A stretch of 50,863 nucleotides of DNA from Thermodesulfovibrionales bacterium (GCA_041577035.1 JBFGJU010000001.1:1-50863); one strand, 5' to 3'. Positions 33,061 to 41,083 are shown, numbered from the stretch's first letter. Notes: generated from the sequence alone by a model not told the origin. Numbers and translations are program-made.

Positions 33061-33096
33061 CCCTCCGGCGGCGGGCAAGCCTTTCTTTTCTGCTAA
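33061..33096. repeat. short motif block, copy c
   Basis: CCCTCCGGCGGCGGGCAAGCCTTTCTTTTCTGCTAA. It is followed by CTGCTTACTT, which also occurs at 32960-32969. Confidence 0.4.
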
Positions 33097-33138
33097 CTGC
33101 TTACTTCCTATCTGTGCCAGCAGCGCTATCTGTTTTTA

Positions 33139-33996
33139 TTAGAGTCCGAGCCAGAGGTAATCGGTATCGCGCCGGGTATAGTCCTGTTTCCAGTCGGTAT
33201 GAGACATCTCAGGCAGAATTACACTGAACACGAGATCGGATTGTTGCCGTATCTGTGCAGGAATGCCCTGTTTCCAGGAATGTCCGTTACCTGCAATCAC
33301 AAAAACAGTATACTGCGGATTATTCTTTTTGAATTGTAAAATATTCCAGGCCATTGTCGTATCCCAGACCATTTGGGCCTCACAGAAATAGGTAAAAGCT
33401 GTATCATCTTTGCCGTGTTCCTTGAATACAGTACGAATAAATTTCTGGTATTGTTCATTTACGTTACAACTGACACCGGGCAGTTTTTCAATATCTTTTC
33501 TGGCAAGAGAGGCGAATCCCTTTTCGGCAACCTGTTGAACAATCCTCCGTTCCACGTTGAGACCAATTATCGGGATGCTGTGTTCGCGGGCATAGAGGAG
33601 TATATCACGATACAATGGCCAGGGTAGATTCCAGTTGCTATAATAACTCTCAATAAAGAGTGCCAGGTCAAGCTCTCCTGCAACCCATTGGTCCAACACC
33701 GGTTGTTCGTTTGCCCGAAACATTTCCATACCTATGGCAACAGGGATATCCTGATCATGCAGTGCCTCTATCATCTGGAGCTCGGCACGATGGTGGCTGG
33801 ACCAATCATGAAATTCACCGAAAAAAATTAACGGTGATGATTTGATATCATGAATGAGTTCATTGAAGGATAAAACAGCATTATCAGATAAACGTACAAT
33901 CCGGTTGTTTTCTCTGCATCCCGAAAAGAAGACCAATGGGAAGATTACAACAAGTAAAAAGATGATGATTACATTATGACCATATCGGCTTTGCAT
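33139..33996 (-). CDS. ChaN-family (Tiki/haem-binding uptake superfamily) lipoprotein
   Basis: Signal peptide with lipobox FFSGC. FFGEFHDWSSHHRAELQMIEAL and GNGH motifs resemble the ChaN/DUF399 family. Confidence 0.6.
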   Translation of the reverse strand: MQSRYGHNVIIIFLLVVIFPLVFFSGCRENNRIVRLSDNAVLSFNELIHDIKSSPLIFFGEFHDWSSHHRAELQMIEALHDQDIPVAIGMEMFRANEQPVLDQWVAGELDLALFIESYYSNWNLPWPLYRDILLYAREHSIPIIGLNVERRIVQQVAEKGFASLARKDIEKLPGVSCNVNEQYQKFIRTVFKEHGKDDTAFTYFCEAQMVWDTTMAWNILQFKKNNPQYTVFVIAGNGHSWKQGIPAQIRQQSDLVFSVILPEMSHTDWKQDYTRRDTDYLWLGL

Positions 33997-34224
33997 AGGT
34001 CTCCCCGATAGTATATTTTCGATTGCTTACACTGGCGTTTTTTCCTGACAGTTACTATCAATAACATTATGCTCATTTTGAGATTATGGTTGAAACAGTT
34101 TTGCGCATCAAAAAATGAATATGAAGTTATAATAACAGAGTATCTATGCATTTTGAGAAATTATGCTGTTTAATATAACTTTTTTGTTATTCTCTATGAG
34201 AGGAAGCCAGGAACGGGAAAGATA

Positions 34225-35025
34225 GTGCGATATACGGAAAGCTGGAGACTCGGTAAGGCATTTACACCTGTAGTAAGATATCTCATTTTTGTTAACGTAG
34301 GGATTTCTGTTTTCGAATTATTGTTGCAGGTGAACCTGGCTGCCTATTTTGGTCTTTCACCGCGAAATTTCTGGCGCGGCTTTTTTTGGCAGCCGGTCAC
34401 ATACATGTTCCTTCACGGTGGTTTTTTTCACCTGCTGATTAATATGTTTATTCTCTGGATGTTCGGAACAACCCTCGAAACAACCTGGGGCAGCAGACGG
34501 TTCCTGAAATTCTATATGATCTGCGGTATCGGCGCTGGACTGTTAAACGCAGCAGTGACGCCGGGAACAGTTATTCCGACTGTCGGAGCTTCAGGGGCTA
34601 TTTACGGTTTACTGATGGCCTTTGGTATTCTTTTCCCGGATCAGATAATTCTTATATGGGGAATTTTTCCGGTAAAAGCCCGAATCTTTGTGATCGGATT
34701 GGGGATAATTGAACTTCTGACCGCACTCGGTACGACCCACAGTAATATCGCCCATTTCGCTCACCTTGGTGGTATGCTTTTTGGTCTGGTATACATGAAA
34801 TGGGATGAAGGGAAACGATTACTGTATGCGTGGCAGGGAGAGCAGAGACGCAGGCATGAACTCAAAGTAGTCTGGAATCGAGATCAAAAACGGGAAAAAC
34901 TCCAGAAAGACATAGACGCCTTATTAAGCAAAATTCATGAGAACGGCATGGTTTCCCTTACTGATGAGGAAAGAGATCGTCTGAAAGCAGCGAGTGAAAA
35001 GATGCGAGAATGGGAAGAAGATTAG
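34225..35025 (+). CDS. rhomboid family intramembrane serine protease
   Basis: GTG start. Six TM segments. Catalytic Ser in GASGAIYG and His in AHLGGM. HLLINM motif. Charged C-terminal cytoplasmic tail. Confidence 0.85.
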   Translation: MRYTESWRLGKAFTPVVRYLIFVNVGISVFELLLQVNLAAYFGLSPRNFWRGFFWQPVTYMFLHGGFFHLLINMFILWMFGTTLETTWGSRRFLKFYMICGIGAGLLNAAVTPGTVIPTVGASGAIYGLLMAFGILFPDQIILIWGIFPVKARIFVIGLGIIELLTALGTTHSNIAHFAHLGGMLFGLVYMKWDEGKRLLYAWQGEQRRRHELKVVWNRDQKREKLQKDIDALLSKIHENGMVSLTDEERDRLKAASEKMREWEED

Positions 35026-35080
35026 CGATACAGTTTGATTTATGTTGAATTTTTGTTTAATGTTGATTTGAGGGATATCG

Positions 35081-36205
35081 ATGAGAGAATTTATCGATAA
35101 AATATCACCGTTCATTGTCATGGATATCCTTGCAAAGGCCCGCACCATGCCTGATGCGGTGCACATGGAAATTGGCGAGCCGGATCTCCCCCCCTCCGAG
35201 CAGGTCACTGAAGCCTACAAAAAGGCTATCAAGGACAAACAGTTCCACTATACACCTGCAAAAGGATTACTCCCATTGCGGGAAAGAATAGCTGAGTATT
35301 ATACAAAGGAATATCAGGTACAGATTTCTACTGAGAGAATACTGATCACGCCCGGCACGTCGGGTGCTTTTCTTGTGGTCTTTGCCTTGTTGAGCGATTC
35401 TGACAAGCGGGTTGTTTTGTCAGATCCTTCCTATCCCTGTTATAAAAATTTTACATACTTTCTCGGCTCCGAGCCGGTCTGTATCCCGGTTGCACGGGAT
35501 ACCGGGTATGAAATAATTCCGCAGAACGTTCCATCGACCGGAGATATCGGATCACTGGTTGTATCATCTCCTTCAAATCCTACTGGTACGCTCTACAAAG
35601 CAGAAACTATAAAGGGCCTGATAAAACTGTGCGAGGACAGGAATATACGGTTTATCTCTGATGAGATTTATCATGGTCTGGTGTATGATAAGCAGGAGCA
35701 TACTGCACTTGAGTTTTCCAACCGATCGATCGTAATCAACAGTTTTTCGAAATATTTCTGTATGCCGGGCTTCAGGATCGGCTGGATGATATTACCTGAT
35801 GAATTAGTGAGAAAGGCAGAGATTATCGTGCAAAATATATTTATTGCCGCAAATACCCCTGCCCAGTATGCTGCCATTGGAGCGTTTGATGAAGGATATC
35901 TTGAAAACGTGCGGAATACGTTCAGGGAGAGGCGGGACTTTCTCTATACTACGTTGAAGGATATCTTTCAGCTGGATGCTTTTCCTGACGGCGCATTTTA
36001 TATCTGGGCTGATATCAGTAGATACAGTGATAATGCAATGGATTTCTGCCAGAGACTGCTCCGTGAAAAGGCGGTTGCTGTAACGCCGGGTATTGATTTT
36101 GGAAACATCCGGACGGAACGATATGTTCGGTTTGCATACACGCAGGACATGTCTCAGCTTGAAATTGGTGTTGAACGTTTGAAGGACTTCCTCACCAAAG
36201 ATTGA
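35081..36205 (+). CDS. PLP-dependent aminotransferase, class I/II
   Basis: SSPSNPTG motif and PLP-lysine motif SFSKYFCMPGFRIGW. 374 aa. Confidence 0.85.
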   Translation: MREFIDKISPFIVMDILAKARTMPDAVHMEIGEPDLPPSEQVTEAYKKAIKDKQFHYTPAKGLLPLRERIAEYYTKEYQVQISTERILITPGTSGAFLVVFALLSDSDKRVVLSDPSYPCYKNFTYFLGSEPVCIPVARDTGYEIIPQNVPSTGDIGSLVVSSPSNPTGTLYKAETIKGLIKLCEDRNIRFISDEIYHGLVYDKQEHTALEFSNRSIVINSFSKYFCMPGFRIGWMILPDELVRKAEIIVQNIFIAANTPAQYAAIGAFDEGYLENVRNTFRERRDFLYTTLKDIFQLDAFPDGAFYIWADISRYSDNAMDFCQRLLREKAVAVTPGIDFGNIRTERYVRFAYTQDMSQLEIGVERLKDFLTKD

Positions 36206-36338
36206 AACTCTTTTGTGAGGCTCGCTGTGCTATACCATACATTTTTTAAACTGTTTAAGATATAACGGATTGCCTTTAAGCTTTATCCTGCCGGTTATCA
36301 GGGCCTCGGCAGAGATGCTTGTTGATAAGCATTTTCAT

Positions 36339-36971
36339 TCACTGTTTCTGATGCCGCGAAAGAACGGCATCGTGTTTCCGGCTCAATAAAAGCAATGACA
36401 GGACGGCACCTATGAGGGCCAGAAACATGTCAGACTGGGTATCCCAGACATATCCCTGAGTACCTAAAAATGCCTCTGCAGCGGTACCTGAGGCAACTGC
36501 TACCCACCATTCAACGAATTCATAAAAAGCGCTGAAAGCCAGGCAGACGCAGACGACCAGAAAAAATAACCATCTGCCGTGAGTTACCGGAGATTTCCTG
36601 ATCAGCAGTTCCCGTATGACAATTGCCGGCACAAAACCCTGTGCAAAATGGCCAATCTTGTCATAATGATTGCGGCTGAGGTCAAACGTATCTCTTATCC
36701 AGTTGAACAGCGGCACTTCTGCATACGTATAGTGGCCGCCTATCATAAGTATGATTGCATGTATGAGCATGAGCCAATAAGCGAGTTCGGTAAATCGAAC
36801 GTATCGGTACGTGGCTATGAGAATAATCAGTCCCGCAAAAGCCGGCAGGACTTCAAGAAACCATGTGAAACGATCATGTGGACTGATTCCAGACCATATA
36901 AAAAAAGATGTGAAAATAATAAGCCACGCAACAATCAATGTTGCATTCAAAGGTTTATCGTTTGTTGTCAT
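36339..36971 (-). CDS. DUF2238 (YjdF-like) inner-membrane protein
   Basis: 210 aa, polytopic. GGHYTYAEVP and RNHYDKIGHFAQGF motifs, which I associate with YjdF/DUF2238. The start lies 11 nt after the M48 stop. Confidence 0.55.
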   Translation of the reverse strand: MTTNDKPLNATLIVAWLIIFTSFFIWSGISPHDRFTWFLEVLPAFAGLIILIATYRYVRFTELAYWLMLIHAIILMIGGHYTYAEVPLFNWIRDTFDLSRNHYDKIGHFAQGFVPAIVIRELLIRKSPVTHGRWLFFLVVCVCLAFSAFYEFVEWWVAVASGTAAEAFLGTQGYVWDTQSDMFLALIGAVLSLLLLSRKHDAVLSRHQKQ

Positions 36972-36982
36972 GCATTATCCTG

Positions 36983-38596
36983 CTAAAGTAATCGCTCGGA
37001 TGCCATCCTGGTGTGTATCATGCACTGAAGCATCTTGAGTTCATCCCGGTCAAACCAGGTGACCCTGCACCAGCTGCACCGGTCAAGATCAATGAGATAT
37101 ACGAGACTGTAGAAGGCTCTCGTCATTTTATTTTTGCACTGTGGGCAGGATAGCAAAGGGATATTCTGTTCACTGCCCTTGACACTGCGGGCAATTTTCT
37201 TCAGCTGGTTTTTCTTGAGGGTAATTTTTGAGAGGGTCCTGATGCGCTCAGAATATCCATCCTCTCCCCGTGCAATGATACGAAAAACTCTGTTGTGATC
37301 AACGAGCGTACCACCACAGAATTTGCACTGCATAACGCGGGTCTTTTCAACGGATCTTTTCAGAAGCGGGTGATGACACACAGGACAGGGATGACTGGTT
37401 TGAGCAGTTCCTTCCTGTGCAATCCGTTTCATAAATATATCGTTCAGCACAGGCATATCAGATGCTTTCTGCATTGATGTTCCGCCTGTACTGATCCAGG
37501 TGAGAGCTGCAAACCAGGGCAACAGGGCAAGCTCGGCGAGCGAATAGGGACCCTGCCACTGATATTTATGGTCGAGGGCAAAATACCGATCCTTGTTTTG
37601 TTCTGAAGGTATAGGAATGGCAGCGGTCTTATTCTTTGTTTCAAGATCAGACAAGCGTACATGTGCCATGGTGAGTAAAAAAGAGATTCTCTTCCGAATC
37701 GGGGGATGAGTAGACAGAAGATTCGCGAGCCACCCTTCAGATTCATCGATTGAGCTCACCTTTGGATTTACGATGCAGAGGTTTTCAAGCCCGCTTCCGA
37801 TAAACCCTGATCCTCTCCAGTTTCTCCAAAGGATATGCAGGACCTCGGCCAATGCGAGGGGATTGCGTGTCATGCGTACGGCACCGGCATCTGCGCGGTA
37901 TTCGCGTTCTCTTGAGATGAACATATTCAGAAACTGGCTGAGCTTCAGCAGAAGGAGGGTTACTATGAATGCCGGGGACAAATAGGCGCGTCCCTCGGAA
38001 AACGTCTGCACTTTTTCAACGAGCGAAGCAGGGACGCCGAAAAGACTCGAAGCAACCGTGCTTTCAAGACAATCACCCGAAAGAATATGGTGGGCTTCAT
38101 GAGCCATCACTGCTTCTATCTGGTCTCTTGAAAGTCTCGACAGCAGCCCCTCGGTTATTGCTATAAGCGCATTTCCGCGCATATCGATTGCCGAAAGCGC
38201 ATTCATGGCAAGTGAGGGTATAACGACACACTGCATCCTGACGCTGTTCCCGGTAACCACATGAATCTCCTCCATGATATTCATTAACTGTTTGTGGATG
38301 CCGTCTTCCGGGTCCGGATCAGTGGCATTGATATTCTTTCTTATATAACGAACCGTATCATAAGCCGAGAAATAAAAGTGAACAGATGCGATTGCGGTCG
38401 AAAAGAAAAAAAGAAGGAAAAGTCGCCCCGCGCTGAACAGGAGGGTTTTTCCGAAATGACTTCCCAGGGGAATCATCTGAAAGAAGGAAAAAAGGAGGCC
38501 GGCTGATATCAGGAAATACATCAGAATGAGAAAGACGAATAATATCCCGATTCTCCAGTTCTTCTGTTTCTCGATATCGATAAACGTCAGGGGCAT
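36983..38596 (-). CDS. M48-family (HtpX-like) zinc metalloprotease with C-terminal GYF-like and two zf-TFIIB-like zinc-ribbon modules
   Basis: Two N-terminal TM helices. HEAHH (HExxH), EREYRAD and STHPPIRKRI motifs. GYF_2-like YFALDHKYQWQGPYSLAEL. Two CPxC...C(x)2C(x)nW/FDxxEL ribbons (CPVCHH...CKFCGG; CPQCKN...CSWCRVTWFDRDELKML). Confidence 0.75.
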   Translation of the reverse strand: MPLTFIDIEKQKNWRIGILFVFLILMYFLISAGLLFSFFQMIPLGSHFGKTLLFSAGRLFLLFFFSTAIASVHFYFSAYDTVRYIRKNINATDPDPEDGIHKQLMNIMEEIHVVTGNSVRMQCVVIPSLAMNALSAIDMRGNALIAITEGLLSRLSRDQIEAVMAHEAHHILSGDCLESTVASSLFGVPASLVEKVQTFSEGRAYLSPAFIVTLLLLKLSQFLNMFISREREYRADAGAVRMTRNPLALAEVLHILWRNWRGSGFIGSGLENLCIVNPKVSSIDESEGWLANLLSTHPPIRKRISFLLTMAHVRLSDLETKNKTAAIPIPSEQNKDRYFALDHKYQWQGPYSLAELALLPWFAALTWISTGGTSMQKASDMPVLNDIFMKRIAQEGTAQTSHPCPVCHHPLLKRSVEKTRVMQCKFCGGTLVDHNRVFRIIARGEDGYSERIRTLSKITLKKNQLKKIARSVKGSEQNIPLLSCPQCKNKMTRAFYSLVYLIDLDRCSWCRVTWFDRDELKMLQCMIHTRMASERLL

Positions 38597-38599
38597 TGA

Positions 38600-39169
38600 T
38601 TATTCGGGACGAATGCTTATATCAGCCTTCGGAACAGCACGGTCAGATTCCTCTGCTTCAAAATATTCCTCTTTTTGGAATCCTGCAAAAAATGAAACAA
38701 TGACGTTGTTCGGGAATATCTCCTGTTTGGTCCTGTAATTTGCAACGAGATCATTATAGAGCTGACGGGCGAACCCTATCCTGTTTTCAGTCGAAGTAAG
38801 TTCTTCCTGAAGTTGCATAATATTTTGGTTTGTTTTAAGATCCGGATAATTTTCCATGACCGCAAACAACCGTCCGAGGGCCTGGGTAAGCATATTCTCG
38901 GCAGATGCTTTTTGCTGAGTCCCGACAGCAGAAACCGCTTTTGCACGAGCGTTTATTACCTTTTCGAGCGTATCCTGCTCGAATTCCATGGCTCCCCTGA
39001 CCGTGGATACCAAATTCGGTATAAGATCATGTCTGCGTTTCAATTGGACGTCTATCTGTTTCCACGCATTGTGCACCTGGTTTCTCAGAGATACGAGAAG
39101 GTTAAAAGTAATTATCACCCACAGAAGAACAAAAACGAGTATTCCCAAAATAATCCAAACAACAATCAT
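38600..39169 (-). CDS. lemA: LemA family protein
   Basis: SD AAGGAGGG followed by ATG 39169; the longer ORF-track start at 39271 has no SD. N-terminal TM helix. RRHDLIPNLV and ENRIGFARQLYND motifs. The stop lies 3 nt before the M48 start. Confidence 0.85.
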   Translation of the reverse strand: MIVVWIILGILVFVLLWVIITFNLLVSLRNQVHNAWKQIDVQLKRRHDLIPNLVSTVRGAMEFEQDTLEKVINARAKAVSAVGTQQKASAENMLTQALGRLFAVMENYPDLKTNQNIMQLQEELTSTENRIGFARQLYNDLVANYRTKQEIFPNNVIVSFFAGFQKEEYFEAEESDRAVPKADISIRPE

Positions 39170-39351
39170 AACTCCCTCCTTAATGAATTTTTTTCTTCTG
39201 CATGAGCACGTATCTGGATGGCGGATATACGTATGCAGATTCCGAGAGGTACATGCAAAATAGTATATCACACGGCACTATACAACAATGGTCACGGGAA
39301 ACACAGGAATGATTTTCAAGAGAAGCTACCGCACATGAGGATAAAATGACT

Positions 39352-39380
39352 CCCTGCAGTACTGGTCCGGCACTGCAGGG
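39352..39380 (-). terminator. hairpin terminator downstream of the 53-aa gene
   Basis: Perfect 9-bp stem CCCTGCAGT/ACTGCAGGG with an 11-nt loop, 8 nt after the stop. The U-tract on the minus strand is weak (AGTCATTTTAT). Confidence 0.45.
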
Positions 39381-39388
39381 AAGTGTTG

Positions 39389-39550
39389 TTATGCTGCGGC
39401 GCAGCAGGTGCGCTGCATTTTCTTCTTGCCTGTTGGAAAAACAGTCATGACAACCTCAACCTTGTTTCCACAGAAACGGCAGAGATTCCCCTGATTTTTC
39501 GCACGTGAGCGAGCAGCAACGTCGGTTTTCGACTTTTTTTTCTCTGACAT
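39389..39550 (-). CDS. small (53 aa) basic CxxC...CC protein, unknown function
   Basis: AGGAGG lies 8 nt upstream of ATG 39550. Sequence MSEKKKSKTDVAARSRAKNQGNLCRFCGNKVEVVMTVFPTGKKKMQRTCCAAA. 13 of 53 residues are Lys/Arg and four are Cys. A hairpin follows the stop. The N-terminal extension in the ORF track (to 39682) lacks an SD. Confidence 0.5.
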   Translation of the reverse strand: MSEKKKSKTDVAARSRAKNQGNLCRFCGNKVEVVMTVFPTGKKKMQRTCCAAA

Positions 39551-39789
39551 GATACCAGCCTCCTTTCCACTATTGAGTTCCAGCAGGAACAGCAAAAATG
39601 TTCCGTCTATGTCAATTACATAGTTTCCTGTGATACATCCTCTTTTATTGTGGAAGAAATTGAGGATAGTAAATGTGAACAAACATGGAAACTACAAAAA
39701 CTGATAAATATACTGTAAATTCGTGCCAAATGTCAATAGAACTACGATAAATGCCCGGTGGTGGCGAACAGAATATTAATCAGCACATC

Positions 39790-39807
39790 TAATTCGTGTA
39801 ATTCGTG
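39790..39807. repeat. tandem direct repeat TAATTCGTG x2 (third near-copy AAATTCGTG at 39717-39725)
   Basis: Read directly: TAATTCGTGTAATTCGTG. It lies in the 291-bp gap between the GroES-like gene stop and the 53-aa gene start. Confidence 0.5.
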
Positions 39808-39841
39808 GATGACACCAACCAGCAGTCACTATCAGGCCGGT

Positions 39842-40312
39842 CTACTTTCTTGTTCGCTTTTTGGCAGGCTGTTTCTTTTCGACAGCGGTTTTCTTTTTTG
39901 CTGTTTTGGATGTCTTCTGGACCGACTTCTTTGGAGAAGCGGGAGCTTTGGTTCGTGCGGCAGGCTTTTCCCGGGTAATGAGCGGCTGTTGTTCCGTGGT
40001 TTCAGCTGAATTTCCGAATGTTCCGAGTATATCTTCTTCCCTGATAAAGGTAAGGGGCTTACCATCTACTTCGAATTCCCGGGCCATATATTCAACAAAG
40101 GCTATCTTCTGACCCGGCTTGAGAATGGTGGGTATGAATTTTTTCTTTTTTTCGGTTTCATCTTTTTTATAGATGCCCGGTCCGATGGCCTGGATAATGC
40201 CTTCAGAAGGCGCTTCCCGCGCTGAATCGGGTATTATGATACCGCCAGCGGTTTTTTCTCCGGAATCGATCCTCTTTATAATTGCCCAGTCATGGAGTGG
40301 TTTGATTTTCAT
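39842..40312 (-). CDS. GroES/Cpn10-like co-chaperonin with Lys-rich C-terminal extension
   Basis: SD GGAGG lies 8 nt before ATG 40312. MKIKPLHDWAIIKRIDSGEKTAGGIIIPDSA matches the GroES N-terminus and mobile loop. After about 100 aa there is a tail of about 55 aa, and 18 of its last 43 residues are Lys/Arg (KAPASPKKSVQKTSKTAKKKTAVEKKQPAKKRTRK). Confidence 0.7.
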   Translation of the reverse strand: MKIKPLHDWAIIKRIDSGEKTAGGIIIPDSAREAPSEGIIQAIGPGIYKKDETEKKKKFIPTILKPGQKIAFVEYMAREFEVDGKPLTFIREEDILGTFGNSAETTEQQPLITREKPAARTKAPASPKKSVQKTSKTAKKKTAVEKKQPAKKRTRK

Positions 40313-40336
40313 TTTTGATTCCTCCGTTGTGAAAGG

Positions 40337-40356
40337 TTCACTATAAGTATAGTGAA
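40337..40356. promoter_or_regulatory. perfect 9-bp inverted repeat (putative operator) overlapping a -10-like TATACT upstream of the GroES-like gene
   Basis: TTCACTATA-AG-TATAGTGAA. On the minus strand TATACT (40351-40346) lies 33 nt upstream of the ATG. A (GACAAA)x3 tract sits at 40382-40399. Confidence 0.4.
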
Positions 40357-40426
40357 AGACGGTCACAAAGGTAAAGGTACAGACAAAGACAAAGACAAAA
40401 ACTTCATAGGATTAGTATGCCATGAA

Positions 40427-41080
40427 TCAAGCAAGCAAAACCGAGACGAGACCTACAAGGTAAATGCCGTCAAAGATGCCAGCTCCACCGATACTCATGA
40501 ACGGTGATCCCAGCTTTTTTATCTGATGGACTCTCAACAGATCAGCGCCGATAAGCGTACCCATTACGCCTGAAATATAGGCTATCTGTGGTGCGTAATC
40601 ACGTGCAAGGGCCAGCGCTGTTATTGCGGCAATAATGGGAGGGACGAACGGTGGCATGACAATGCCTACTCCTTTGATTGGCCTGCTCAACAGGTAAGAA
40701 GCCGCAGATGTGACGGTGGTTGCTCCCAGTGCTATAGTCAGAGGAACACGGCCCAGAAGGTAGATACTGAGCAGGCTGGGAAGAATTGCGCCTCCGAGGT
40801 TTACCGCTATTACCTGTTCCCGTGCAACCGGTATCCGTATCCCGAGAAATCTGTGAAACAAGAGTGTAAAGTCATCAACAGGGGGAGCGCGGAATGATGT
40901 ATCACGGTATACCGGAATATTGATTCCACCTCCTATAAGACAGATCAGAAAGAAAGCATACCCGAACAATGGATGCAATCCCATTTTGGCAAAAGCCACA
41001 GCAGGGGCCAGGATAAAGAGAAGAGGGATGAGGAGAAGGAAAAGGAAAAAGAGCGTTAGTGAAATCGGCAGGAAATGCAT
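40427..41080 (-). CDS. polytopic membrane protein, possibly DUF1614 family
   Basis: 217 aa with about six hydrophobic helices. GGGINIPV and SIGGAGIFDG motifs. The family name is from memory only. The start lies 3 nt after the msrAB stop. Confidence 0.45.
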   Translation of the reverse strand: MHFLPISLTLFFLFLLLIPLLFILAPAVAFAKMGLHPLFGYAFFLICLIGGGINIPVYRDTSFRAPPVDDFTLLFHRFLGIRIPVAREQVIAVNLGGAILPSLLSIYLLGRVPLTIALGATTVTSAASYLLSRPIKGVGIVMPPFVPPIIAAITALALARDYAPQIAYISGVMGTLIGADLLRVHQIKKLGSPFMSIGGAGIFDGIYLVGLVSVLLA

Positions 41081-41083
41081 AGA

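Noticed and set aside
33000-33096. Possible riboswitch (c-di-GMP GEMM-like or fluoride-like), suggested by the GGCGGGCAAGCC...AAACC strings near c-di-GMP-related genes.
   Set aside because: The relevant transcript would be on the minus strand. I could not align either strand to the conserved cores of GEMM-I/II or crcB motifs as I remember them. Only an Infernal scan could settle it.
39170-39271. N-terminal extensions offered by the ORF track for lemA (to 39271), the small Cys protein (to 39682), the GroES-like gene (to 40366), the lipoproteins (1810, 43814), pgk (5094), citrate synthase (29535) and mepK (21244).
   Set aside because: In each case a downstream start has a strong SD at proper spacing and yields the family-typical N-terminus (signal peptide, TM helix or GroES strand). 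The extension lacks an SD or overlaps the upstream gene or promoter.
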